Shown in pieces: positions 1 through 12,605 of a stretch of 64,000 nucleotides of DNA. The position numbers and the translations under genes were made by a program. How positions within the stretch are numbered: the first letter of the stretch is position 1; each line of letters begins with the position of its first letter. The notes under the pieces were generated by a model, which did not search any database, was not told the DNA's origin, and was given only the letters and a program-made list of their open reading frames with translations. Origin of the DNA: Eledone cirrhosa (lineage: Eukaryota); assembly GCA_964016885.1 (NCBI GenBank), contig OZ024741.1, positions 158,968,001-159,032,000 on the forward strand, read 5' to 3'.

Positions 1-71
1 TGGAGCAATAACAGTCTTATTTACGTGCTATTATATATATATGTTTCTGTTATTTTCAATAAATTATCTTT

Positions 72-303
72 TTAACCCTTTTCCTACCATATTTATAATA
101 ATTTTCAATAAGATTTAGAAATAACCAAGAGTTTGGGTTGATTTAGTAAAATAACTAACTTTATTATTATTTGAAGCATAGCTTAACAAATGTTCTTATA
201 TAATATTCTGATGGAAGGTTTTTAGACAAATATAAACATTTTAAAATAAACAGTTTTGTATTGAAGAATTAGGGGTAGTTTCAGGTAGTTTGATATAAAA
301 AGA
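72..303 (+). mobile_element. TTAA-flanked AT-rich MITE, family D (piggyBac-type ends). Other copies at ~3945-4167, 6670-6965, 32425-32640 (inverted), 46409-46900, 56390-56660 (inverted), 63293-63470
   Basis: Begins TTAACCCTTTT; the best copies end AAAAGGGTTAA. Shared internal sequence GATTTAGTAATATAAC...ATGATGGAAGGTTTTTAG. Confidence 0.65.
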
Positions 304-1274
304 GACAAATAAAATTTGACTATTCTCCTGTGACATTCTTTCTAGATTCATCAGTGTATCTCCAATTGTCTAACTCCATTAATACATTTTATTGTCTTCT
401 GACACCATGTCACCATAATTTGGGAATTTCTATTTTGTTATTTTTGCACGCCCCCCTCCCATCACTGCCAAGAACCAATCAGTCCTTGAGGGTGCCTGAT
501 TATTCCAGTGCTTTATCCTCACTACCAGCAGCAGCAATGTTGAGAGTGTTGGCTTGCCTAAAAGATTATTAGGGCACAACTCCATCGCACCTTGTGGCAT
601 GTGTTTGAGTGTATGGGTCTTCTTCCTGTCCTTTTTTTCTTCTTTTATAATTTTTCCTCTATTTTTTCTTTTAGTACACAGCATTTGCTTGTTGAATAAA
701 AGTCCTATTAAACCAAGTTCTTCATTATTATAAATTGGTTCTAAAGATTTTTAGGGGACAACACCAGCGCACCCTGCTCTAATGTCTAATTCATAGAGTG
801 TACATGTCTTTCTTTTTCAGAATTAATAACTTATTTATTAAGAATGTAATTTGCAAAAGTAAATAGACAATAACAATTCCAATAAAATTATGTGATATTG
901 ATGATTTACAAAAGGAATGAATCAATAGCAATAATAAAAAGCCCAGAGAAGACATACACACTCAATTACATGCTATAACAGGACAACCCGTCTAACCCAT
1001 GCTAGCATGGAAAAATGGACGTAAAATGGTGATGATGATGATGATGATGATGAACAGGGATCTGTTTGATGAATTGAAAACATTAAGAAAACACTGTTAG
1101 ACAAACACTAATAAATGCTGAAAAAATATTTCTTGTATCTTCTCAGTCCCATTAGTATCCAATCTTTGTGATGTTAAGACGCTATAGTACTCTCTCAAGG
1201 TTATTGTCCATTCATTAATTCATATATTATTATTATGTTTGTGTGCATGTGTGTAAGTAAGTACAATGACCTCC

Positions 1275-1465
1275 ACCATCCCTACCTCAAATATATATGC
1301 CTGGACAATGTCGGAGAAGAGCTCTCTGATGTGCAGAACCCCAGGTGCATACTGCTCCCAGTAGACAGAATAGAGAGAGCATTACCCCGGAGCATAGTGA
1401 GGGAGACGTGTTTAAATAGCCATTCCAAATCATGGGGCTCACTCCAGCAGGTGGCTAACTCCATC
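1275..1465 (-). mobile_element. 3' fragment of a CRE-like (restriction-like endonuclease) non-LTR retrotransposon
   Basis: Peptide LEWLFKHVSLTMLRGNALSILS resembles the C-terminal FQRISIAIQRGNA motif. Related copies at ~1600-1850, 18430-18630 and 55975-56150. Confidence 0.55.
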
Positions 1466-1599
1466 TTACAATATCAATAATGGTTTAGGATTTAGGCATA
1501 AGGCCAGAAATTTAGAGGAAGGGGAAAGTTTATTATTTCAACCCCAGTGTTTGACTTGTACTTTATTTTATCAACCTCGGAAAGATGAAAAACAAAGTT

Positions 1600-1850
1600 T
1601 CACAATACAAAGTGATGGAAGTTTCCGGTGTTCTTTGTTTCAACCCCATACCACTCCCCTACTCCATGTTATCAGAGTGAAGTTGGTCATCCACAGAGGT
1701 GAACCCTCTGAGTTAGAATGGTTAATTCAGTGCATCTCCTTTGTTATGCTCTGGAGCAATGCTTTCTCCATTCTCTCTGCTGAGACCATGAGACAGCTTA
1801 CACCAGAGAGCATTCTCCCACACTACCCAGGCATTGGAACAGAGATGATA
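1600..1850 (+). mobile_element. 3' fragment of CRE-like LINE, inverted relative to the 1275-1465 copy
   Basis: EPSELEWLIQCISFVMLWSNAFSILS in track ORF 1551..1892. Confidence 0.5.
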
Positions 1851-2006
1851 GAGTATTCTTTCTCATATTTTTGTTGTGTTCTTACACAATAGGCAAATTG
1901 ATCAAACCGTTTTACACCACCCTGTACATATGTACATATAAACTGATAGCCATGTATAGTAACATGTGCTCCATACACACAAGAAGACAAGAGTAGAGTT
2001 ACTTAC

Positions 2007-2173
2007 CTTGTTTTTTCATGTACAGAGTAGTCACTATCTGCTAAATCAAAGGATGATGAGTGGTGTGGTGGGTTGTGAGGACTTCTTGACCGGCGACTTG
2101 AATACTGGTTTTCTGCTTGGACATCCATTACACTTCGAGAACGTTGAACTTGTGTATGATTACGTCGATGCTG
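2007..2173 (-). CDS. MCF2L: RhoGEF linker exon, probably just before the DH domain (167 or 164 nt, phase 0 to 2): (Q)HRRNHTQVQRSRSVMDVQAENQYSSRRSRSPHNPPHHSSSFDLADSDYSVHEKTR
   Basis: T-rich tract plus CAGCAG acceptor and perfect AAG|GTAAGT donor. CpG-containing, coding-like sequence in compatible phase. Assignment to the same gene is inference. Confidence 0.72.
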
Positions 2174-2290
2174 CTGAGCCCAAAAAAACAACAACAAAAA
2201 AATCAACATAAGCCATGAATATTATTAATAGCTAACAGTTTACTGCATCTCACTACTACTTTGGTCAAACATTTTAGATACTACAACTAC

Positions 2291-2326
<36 letters not shown>

Positions 2327-2674
2327 ATCATCATCATCATCATCATTTCATTTTACATCCGCTTTTTCCCTGCTTGCAAGGGTGGGACGGGAACTGATGC
2401 TGGCTTGATTTCTACAGCTGGATGCCCTTCCTAACACCAACCTCATTTACACTGAGTGCTGGGTGCTTTTTTTCCGTGGCACCTACATGTCCACTTTGCA
2501 GTGGTATGATAGGGACTCCAGTCCCTATCATCTCATTTCTACAGCTGAGTAAACTGGAGCAATGTGAAATAAAGTGTCTTGCTCAAGGAAACAACACATC
2601 AGCCGGTCTGAGAATTGAACTCACAATCTTTCGATTGCAAGGCCAATGCTCTAACCACTAAGCCATGTGCCTCC
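2327..2674 (-). mobile_element. SINE family A, full length (tRNA-derived head, CORE/Meta-like centre, RTE-type tail plus (GAT)n)
   Basis: A box TGGCTTAGTGG, B box GTTCAATTC, central CCTTGAGCAAGACACTTT, tail GGACGTAAAATGATGATG. Five near-identical copies in the window. Confidence 0.9.
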
Positions 2675-3084
2675 ATATATATATATAGAGAGGTGTATAG
2701 GTGCAAGATAGGTGCGTCCATAGGTGGTATGCCGGATGAGCACTCGATGCTCGTGCAGACCAGAGTATAAGAATAAAGGAACAAAGTATAAGAATAACGG
2801 AACAAAGAATCAGTGTTACATCATAACATATTAATAACATATTTAATAATATATATATATTATAAGTGGTAGATTTAATTTATGATCCTTTAAATTTAAT
2901 CTACAGCCATTTTTTTTAATTAGAAAATATATTTCTACATTTTACCCACCAGTATTGAGTGCTTATTCATTAGTGATTGAATGTTTGAAATATTATGTTA
3001 TTTTAAAGACATATTGTAGAAGGGAAACAGATATTAAACAATGGTGATGAGTGTGTAAGTGTGTGTAAGTGTGTGTATGTGAGT

Positions 3085-3355
3085 TGGACTTCCATGGGTT
3101 CAAACAACAGAAAAGGCCTGTTTGTGAAATTAACATGCAAGTGGCTGGATATTCCACAGATACATGTACAGTCAATGTTGTTCTCAGTATGACGCAATAT
3201 GTAAGAAGGGTGGCCCCTTGAATTACCTGTATAACTCATTTTTTGCCAGCTTGTGGACTGGAGTAAAATAAAATAAAGTGACTTGCTCAAAAACACAATG
3301 TGCCACTGCGAATGAAACACACAAACTTCCACACATGAACCAAAATCACTAACCA
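3085..3355 (-). mobile_element. SINE family C (older). Other copies at ~24665-25265, 34275-34560, 38668-38800, 40195-40400, 41235-41440, 59190-59645, 60800-61030
   Basis: Shared blocks AATTCAAAGGGCCAGC and GGAATGCTCAGCCACTTGCACATTAATTTC. Some copies have a tRNA-like head. Confidence 0.7.
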
Positions 3356-4579
3356 TAAAGCTTTCACAATGTATGTGTATGTATGCATACACACATACAT
3401 AAGTTTTATATGGAATGCAGGTATAGTCCAGTGAAGAGGAAGTTCATTTTGCAATCATGAGGCCCAGTGTTCAAGTCTACCACATGGCATCTTGGACAAG
3501 TTTCTTTTACCATAGCCTCAAGTTAACCCAAACCTACTGAGTGAAGTTGGGTAATAGAAATCAGCCTTGTATCATGTTATGGCTACACGTGTCTGTGTAA
3601 TACTTAGACTACATACATGCATAATGTAGTCTTCAAAAAGATGGTATGGTCATGGTTGGAATGTCTTTGACCATATAACTCCTCGATCAGAGCTGATCCT
3701 GGACTAAGCATCAACAACAACTGCTATAATAACCCTTCACACGCACATGCATGCACATAGAGACATACATACACACACACACAGAATGATCATCCACTTA
3801 TCATAATGATAGAAAGACCACTCCAAATGTACAGGATAAATGTGTGTATTCCTAGGGTACAGAAACTGTGTAAGCTGAATATCATATAAATGGTAATCCA
3901 TGTAATGAACATTCTTGTAGAAAATAAATATAGTTTAGACCTCATACTACCATATTTTTAATAATTTTGAAAATAATCAACAATTTAGAGGGATTTAGTA
4001 ATATAACTTTTTCATTATAAAGGTGTTGTTTGGAACATAACTTAGCAAATATTCTTACATAAAAATATGATGGAGGGTTTTTAGAAAAATATAAACATTT
4101 TAAAATAAATAGATTAGTATCATAGAATCAATGGAAGTTTCAGGCAGTTTGGTATCAAAAGGGGTTAATAAAAAAAACCCAGTATATTATGTTTATAGAA
4201 GGGCTAAAAATGATCTTGTTGAAAATAACAAGGAAATCATTATTATTTTTTTTAAATTTCATAAATAGAAACACATGAAATAAAAATCAAGAAAGGAACA
4301 ATTCTAATGTGGTTGACAATATAACAGGGTGATCAGAATTGACTATTATTCAGCAGGGATCTGCCCAATCAAGCCCAACTAAGGGACACACAACAACACT
4401 AAAATATATCTTAATTTTCTTTTTCAAATTTTCTCTCTCTGACTTTGCTCTTTCCCAAAGAAGGACTTATGTCCAAAACATTGAGACATTTATTTACTTT
4501 CTGTCTCCTTTTTCTTTATCTTCATTCCCAAGTGTGAACCTAATAAGACTGTTTTTGCATATGTGTTTGCCTTTACTAT

Positions 4580-4756
4580 TAGTAAAATACCATTATAACA
4601 AATTGTTTAGTATAACAAAATTGTTTTCTATTCCTGAGGCAATAAACAAATGCTCAATTTGTTTCGGTCAATCTCATTATAAAGAAATTTTCATTACAAT
4701 GAATTTTTTTAAAACCTTGTGAATTTTGTGAATTTTGTTATAACGGAATTTTACTG
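4580..4756. mobile_element. pogo/Tigger-like MITE remnant
   Basis: Imperfect terminal inverted repeats AGTAAAATACCATTATAACAAA and TTTGTTATAACGGAATTTTACTG, with TA at the right flank. Confidence 0.45.
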
Positions 4757-5230
4757 TATATGTGTGTGTGTGTGTGTGTGTGTATATATAAATATATATA
4801 TAGTTTATTGGTGTGTAACATTTAGTTACTATTGCTTCACCAGTTTGAGTACTCAATGGCAACATGGCCCTGGTTGCTGATGTGTTATTGTACATTTGGT
4901 ATTACACAGTAGTTCATATCCTTTAGAAGCAGAGTATTAATAATACTAATAATACTAATAATAATAATAATGAGTAGGAACAAGTTAACAATATAGCATC
5001 ATTATGTTTATTCATGTGTGACGCGTGTTTCACAATCGAGCAGCTCAAGGTACAATTGGTATCAATCAGGCCCGACTCTGAAAGCGATAGCTCATCAGAT
5101 TTATGGATTTAAGGAATCAGATCGTTCTTTGAACAGATTGATCATGAAACACATGTCACACATGAATAAACATAATGTTGCTATAGTGATATTTCATTCT
5201 TACTCATTATTATATATATAAATATATTAT

Positions 5231-5339
<109 letters not shown>

Positions 5340-7113
5340 TGATTTATAAGCACACACAGCAGGAAGGGTATCCAGTCATAGAAAACCTGTCAAACAAAGA
5401 GATGGGCAAACTCTTCAGCTATATCAAAGACATACCAACATCCCTACTGTTGGTGCCATGATAAATGCACTCGATAGAGTATAGGATTGTATGTTGGGCC
5501 CCCATCCAACCTGGAGGTCAGAGTTGAGTACTAACCACATCCAACCCTTGCTAGTAGAGAAAACAGATGTTAAACAATGATAATGATGATGAATGCATAA
5601 AGATAAAAAAAACAAGCCACAATATTTTTTTTAAATGCAAGCAAAAATATTTACCATGTTCATATCAAGTACATATTTTTTCAGATTGACATCCATAGGA
5701 TTAGTTTCTCACTATTATGTGTGTGTGTGTATGTGTGTATGTGTGTGTGTATGTGTGCGCATATACACAAACCAATATATAAGTTTATATATATATATAT
5801 ATATAAACATATATATTGAAATCTATTAAATCTGTACTGATTCCTGAGAGGTTAAAGTTACTGCACAACTTTGTCTCATTACTTTGCCACACTGTTGTTA
5901 AACCTTTACATATGGACTGCAACTGCTGCTGCTGCTACATGTCCATATTACATATACACCGTTACAGACATTCACACATTGCATACAAACACAAATATTG
6001 TTGGCAAGATTGAGAAGTGTGGTGGTTGTAGTTGTTTTTGTTTGGCACCAGGTATATTTATGTCTAAGCTTACCTGCATAATATAAGAAATTCTAGCCAT
6101 GACCATCCAGTCCTGTCTTATTATAATTTAGAGCATTATCCAATATATTCTTCAAATTTGTTTTGCCTTTTTTTTTTTTTTTTCCAATAGATACGTTATA
6201 ATTTGAGGAAGATTTAATTGATATTTCTAGCAGGTCGATCAACTGCTAGAGGTTTCCTTGTTAACTCATGAGACGTGTCAGTCAGTTGGCTATGTCCAGT
6301 ATGTTATGATGAAAATATCCTTTTAATAGCCTTTAAAGTGTCTGAAACCACCCACATTTGCCTTTAAGTGTTTATATTTATCTAAAATACTTCCTTTGCT
6401 AAATTATGTTCTAAACACCAACTTGATAATGAGGGTAGTTATAATACGAAAACCCTCAAAATTCTTGATTATTTAAAAAATTATATAAAATCATAAGCAG
6501 TGATAATGAAAGATTAAAGGGACTGGGAGTTAGCCAACTCTTCTTTAACTCTCAATATTTTGAAACAATAAGAATAAGAACAAAAGTTTCTAATTCCATA
6601 ATTCCAGGCAATATAAAGATTTTCTTCTTTGTCTTATTAAAAAATAAATCAATATATTTTTTTTTGTTACTAAATTTCTTATAAAATACACTGGCTATGT
6701 TTTTCAAATAATTAACTTTTTACATAGAATTATAATGGAAAGTTTTTAGATAAATATAGACACTTTAAAATAAACAGCTTTGTATTGTAGAACCAGGAGA
6801 AGTTTCAGGTGGTTTGATATCAAAAGAGTTAAGCTAATGTTTGAAACATAATTTAACAAAAGTTTTACATAGAGTTTTGAAAGATTTTAGGATAAATAAA
6901 AACAATATAAAATAAACAGTTTTATATTGTAGATCCTGGGGTGGTTACTTGGTATAAAAATGTTAAATGTATTTTTTTGTAGTTATATATTTACTTTAAT
7001 TCATTTTATTTCTATTTTTAATTGTGGGTAGTTGTTGTTAGGATTTATTTTATTATTTGATTTTACTTTTTCCTTTTTCACTTGACATAATTTCTGAGAG
7101 GATATATCTGTCT

Positions 7114-7118
<5 letters not shown>

Positions 7119-7190
<72 letters not shown>
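7119..7190. repeat. (GA)n microsatellite
   Basis: Pure GA run. Confidence 0.95.
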
Positions 7191-7192
<2 letters not shown>

Positions 7193-9219
7193 CCAAAAAG
7201 CAAAACAGGAAAAAAAAGAAGAAAAAAATCTAATTCTTGGCAGTCAGTTGAAAGTTGAAAGACAGAACTTACATTTGACTTTTCTCCCCAGCCTAGGTAC
7301 TGGAAGTTCCTGTCAAACCTTCACCTCAGATACTACTACAACCATCTCTCACAATCGAGTATGACTTGGTAGTATTTGGCATGCTTTTGTTGAGGGTTTT
7401 AGGTGATCATACAGTCATAAGCAGACATAGACATACTCTTGGCTCCCTCCTTTGATCCAGTGGATCATCCAGGATGTGACCACTGGAAAGAAGGAGGGCT
7501 GCACTGGCACTGGGCTGCTACTTTCTTTATCAATCTCAAAAGGATGAAGAGTAAAGTGGACCTCAGTGGAATTTGAAAACAAGACACAGAGACAAGGAAC
7601 AAGTATCCAACACTTTAATGACTCTGCCAAATCAATGGGACATACTATCTTCAATAAAATGATCTGTATTGGTATGAAACTAGACAGTAGTCACCATAAC
7701 AATGTAAAGTGTAATAAATGTTTCTACTTTTGGCACAAGGCCAGCAATTATCTCAGTACATTACTGATGCCTTTATTTTATTGACCCCTTAAAGATGAAA
7801 GGCAAAGTTAACCTCGGTGGGATGTAAAGTGAAGTAATGTTATGTAACTATTTAGTGAAGTTGCTTGACCAAGTTGTTAGAATGTTGCTCTGATGATTGT
7901 AATGACTGTAATGATTACTGGTTCAATTCACAGATCAAAGTGGTGTGTTTGTGTCCTTTGAGCAAAGCACTTCATTTCACATGTGCTCCAGTCTCCTCAG
8001 CTGAGGAGTACCAGAACAAACTGCAGATAGGAGGGTTTAATCCTGTGTTCAACTTGTTTCCCACCCAGCAGGAAGTCTTGAACTTTCAATCACTTAACGC
8101 CAGTGTAACAAGAATAAGTTTTTGCTTGATGAGCCTCTGGGCTTGGGACAGACTTTAAACCTGTGATTGACTGGTGTCTCATCCAACATAGAGTCTATAC
8201 TTTCAATCACTTAACACTAATGAAATTGGGACAAGCATAAAGCACCAGGGCTGATGAGCCTTAAGGCTCAAGAGAGACTTTATCTTTGAATATAGTTTTT
8301 TACTGATGTAAAGCACTCTTACCACATGTTGATTATTATACTACACATGCATATAAATGCACACACACATATATATATATGTATATATATATATATCATC
8401 ATCATCATCACCATTTAATGCCCATTTTTCCACACTAGTATGGGTTTAGACAACTTATCCCATTGTGAGACAAATCAGATCAGATGACTGTGTCTTGCTC
8501 ATACAGAACTGTTTCTGGCTTGTTTTCTACAGCTGAATGCCCTTCCTAATGCCAACCACATTTACAGTGTGGATTGTGTGCTTTTTATTGTGGCCTCAAA
8601 AAGACCACTTTACAGGTTGACTGTGTGCTTCTTGTCATGACACCAATGCAACCACTTTACAGTGTGGACTGGCTGCCTTTTGTTATATATATAGTTTGGA
8701 AAAGAAAATAGATCCCTTCCATCACAAACACACAAACATGCAATGTCACTTGTCACAATTCATTTAAATGTCTTTGTTTTCAATGCTTTATTTGACAAAA
8801 GGAAGTAGGAATCAATTTTCTCTGTTAGAAATATGACTGCTTAGAAATAGTATCACTGCTGTGTGTGTGCATATCTATATATGTGTGTGTGTTGTGTCAG
8901 TCTGCCAGTGTATGCATATGGGTGTGTTGTGTCAGTCTGCCAGTATATGCATATGGTGTGTGTATAAATGCTTGCGTGTGTCTGCCTGTGCATGTGTAGG
9001 AGGTGTATTTTTTGTGTTTGTGTATGTGCTTGTATATATGTAGGCGGTGTGTGTATGTGTGTGAGTGTGTGTATGAGGTGTGAAGTTTAGCAGTGTCCTT
9101 CAGTTTGTCCTCACTACTTCAACTGAAGTGTTTGAGAAATGGTAATTATTAAAGAGAAGTCATGATTAAAAATAATTTACAGGAACATAGCCTATATATA
9201 TATATACAGTATATATAAT

Positions 9220-9271
<52 letters not shown>

Positions 9272-9304
9272 ATAACTGGAATTATTATATATATATATAA
9301 TAAT

Positions 9305-10589
9305 AACTGGAATTTCTTACGTGACAACTTACTGCAGGCTACTGATGAAACTTGTGGCTGGAGCAGAGCTCCAACCAGACAGAGAGTGACCTGGTGGTGG
9401 AACAGCACAGTAGATAGGGCCATTAGAGACAAAAGACTAGCATGGAAGGCTTGGAAAAAGGGTGGGAGTAGAGAAGGATATACAGCCGCTAAGAGAGAAG
9501 CTAGACGTCAGGTGTACTTAGCACGCAGGGAGGCTGAGAGTAGAAGGTTTGCCAATGTTCTGCGACGGGAAGATCAGAGGCGTGCGGTGTTCCACATTGC
9601 AAGGCAGTGTGTCAATGCAAATCAGGATGTTGTTGGAGATAAATGTGTCCGGGATGATGCCGGTGTACTTAGTGTCACGAATGATCAGAAAAAGGAGGCC
9701 TGGAAATGTCATTATGAGAGACTGATGAATGTGGAGAATGAATGGGAGAGAGAGAAATTACCCTTAGTAGATCCAACAGAGGGAGGAAAATAGGGCAGAG
9801 GTCCCCTTTGGGAAATTGCCATGCTCAGTGTGTAGGAAAGGAGTAGGCAGAAATTCCATTTTATGTCCCAAATACAAAGTATGGGTGCATAAAAGATGTA
9901 GTGGGATCACAGGTAAGCCATCTAAAAACGTAGATTTTATATGTGGCCGGTGCTCAGGTGCAATAAGTAGCAAGTGCCCACAGGATACTAGCTCCTTCTA
10001 TTGCCCAGATGGCTCTATAGAAATAGTGGACACCTTCCGTTACCTGGGTGACAAAATCAGCAGTGGTGGAGGGTTCTCTGAAAGTACAGCAGCCAGAGTC
10101 AGAACGGGATGGAAAAAGTTCAAAGAGCTTATACCACTATTGGCCGCTAAAGTTTTCTCTCTAAAAATGAAAGGCAGACTGTATGATGCTTGCATACGAA
10201 CAGCAATGTTACATGGCAGTGAGACAGAGGATCTGCGTAGACTGGAGAGGAATGAAGCATGCATGCTCCGCTGGATGTGTAATAGTAATATATGTGAACA
10301 GCAGGGCATAAATGAACTAAGTGAGAAATTAGGTATAAGAGGGATCAGATGCTGTTTACTTGAGAGAAGACTACGTTGGTATGGTCACGTGATGCGCATG
10401 AAAGACGACAGCTGTATAAAAAAGTGCAGGGCAATCAAAATTGACGGAAGTTATGGAGTAGGCAAACCCAGAAAAACCTGGGACGATTTGATAAATTCCG
10501 ACCTTACACACTTACACCTCTCTAAGACAATGTCACTGGACCGAGATCTTTGGCACTACACAGTAATACAGAAAACCCGCCTTGCCTAA
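9305..10589 (+). mobile_element. RTE-clade LINE, 5'-truncated, with the RT core deleted
   Basis: ORFs 9386..9793 (TWWWN...) and 9816..10589 (Cys/His finger, FRYLG, W.KF.EL, RRLRWYGHVMR, GKPRKTW). Collinear with the 42432-44955 copy except for the missing RT core. Confidence 0.9.
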
Positions 10590-10994
10590 GTACAAAGCAA
10601 AACCTAGTCAGTAGGTACCTCTTAATCAAATATACACCCCATCCCACTACCCACAACTCCCCCCCCCCTTTCTCTGTAAATTTATGTTGGTACCACAACA
10701 TCCAGTCCTAAATAAATGAGGTCATGTATGTGTCATGACAAAAAAAAACACACAGTCCATGCTGTAATGTGGCTGTGTAGGTAACACGGTAAAAACCTCA
10801 CAGTCCACACTGTAAACGTGGTTGGTGTTAGGAAGGGCATCCAGCCATAGAAAACCTGCCAGACAGTCCTATACGAGCGAGACGACCAATCTTGCTTCAA
10901 GTAGGACAATTCCCATCTAAACCCATGCTAGCGTGGAAGATAGACGTTAAACGATGATGATGATGATGATATATATATATATATGTCTGGTCAC

Positions 10995-11178
10995 TCTGGT
11001 GACTGGTAACATGTAACCCAGTACAACCTGTCGCATGGTCAGGTCATCGGCGACTAAACCGGCAACCCCACCAAGTTTACTTGGTGAGGAGGGTGATTTT
11101 GGACAGCCTGCAGGACAAAAAACAAAACCTGACAAAGGGCGGAAGAACTCATAAGAGTCAACAGCCATCCAAAAGTGT
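10995..11178 (+). repeat. Unclassified dispersed repeat, with a diverged inverted copy at ~40650-40822
   Basis: Track peptides KLGGVAGLVADDLTMRQVVLGYML and RLGGVADLVADDLTMQKVILDYML reflect nucleotide similarity between the two copies. Confidence 0.7.
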
Positions 11179-11575
11179 GTAAATATGTATATACACATGT
11201 ACATATGTATGTATATATGTATGTGCATGTGTATGTATATGCGCAGGGACATAGAAATAGTCAGGTTGGATATCCGATTGTGCAGTTAAACCACTGGGAG
11301 TGAAGGACTCTTAGCCTTTGTCAGGGCACTCTGACATAAAATCTGCGGTTCAGTAGTTACCGATGATGTTGATATTTTCTTCTTTTCGGGTTATAGCTAC
11401 TGTCACTCAGAGAGTAGGATTGTCTCAGTGCACAGTCTTTCCTCACTTTAAAAAAAATTTTCATGCACAGGCATTGCACGATAGAATTAATTAATAATTA
11501 TTAATAATAATAATGGTATATCATGCAATGGCCATACTCGATAATGATGGGGCAGCCATCATCATATATATATAT

Positions 11576-11894
11576 ATCATCATCATCATCATTTCATTTT
11601 ACGTCCGCTTTTTCCCTGCTTGCAAGGGTGGGACGGGAACTGATTCTGGCTTGATTTCTACAGCTGGATGCCCTTCCTAACACCAACCTCATTTACAGTG
11701 AGTGCTGGGTGCTTTTTTGCCGTGGCACCTCCATGACCACTTTGCAGTGGTCTCATTTCTACAGCTGAGTAAACTGGAGCAATGTGAAATAAAGTCTCTT
11801 GCTCAAGGAAACAACACATCACCCGGTCTGAGAATTGAACTCACAACCTTTCGATTGCAAGGCCAATGCTCTAACCACTAAGCCATGTGCCTCC
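11576..11894 (-). mobile_element. SINE family A copy lacking the internal hairpin
   Basis: Near-identical to 2327-2674 apart from a 26-nt deletion at ~11751. Confidence 0.9.
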
Positions 11895-12503
11895 ATATAT
11901 ATATATATATCTACACACACACACACATATACATAAACACACACATAGATGAAAAAAACATGTAGAGGACAATAGTCTGCACCAATCTTCTCCTTATCCT
12001 TCCCCAATTCACCCTTCCTGGTTTTAATACACCCACTCACCAGCTAAATATCCCTCACACCTCATCTCTGTTGTCCAATTTGCATACTCATTTCCCCCCA
12101 CCCTATCCTCACATTTCTCACCCTGGATAAATCCCATGCATACAAGCATGGAAAGCTGGACACACTCCACATCTGATCTCCCACAATACTGCTGCCACAA
12201 CAAAAAAAGCACTAAGTCCGCTCTGTATAATGATCTGGTGCCACAACAAAAGCATTCAGTCCACTCTGTAAAGTGGTCGTGCTGTGACACAACATAAAGT
12301 GCCCAGTCCACCCTGTAAGTGATGGTATTGGTAACATGAAAAAACACACATGTATGCATATATCTATGCATGAGTTTATATATATATATATAAGTTGATA
12401 TACATTATATGTATACACATATATATATGTACATGTAGATGTGTATATACATATATATATGTATATAGGGATATATATGTATACATACATAGATGCATGT
12501 ATA

Positions 12504-12604
12504 CAGGGTGTCCCCCCAAAATGTATAGACACTCTGATTACTTGTACAGGTAATATTTATGAGAATGTTGTTGAAATGTGTATACATTTTGGGGGGACAT
12601 CCTG
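12504..12604. mobile_element. Tc1/mariner-type MITE (101 bp)
   Basis: TIRs CAGGGTGTCCCCCCAAAATGTATA and TATACATTTTGGGGGGACATCCTG, with TA on both sides. Confidence 0.85.
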
Positions 12605-12605
12605 T

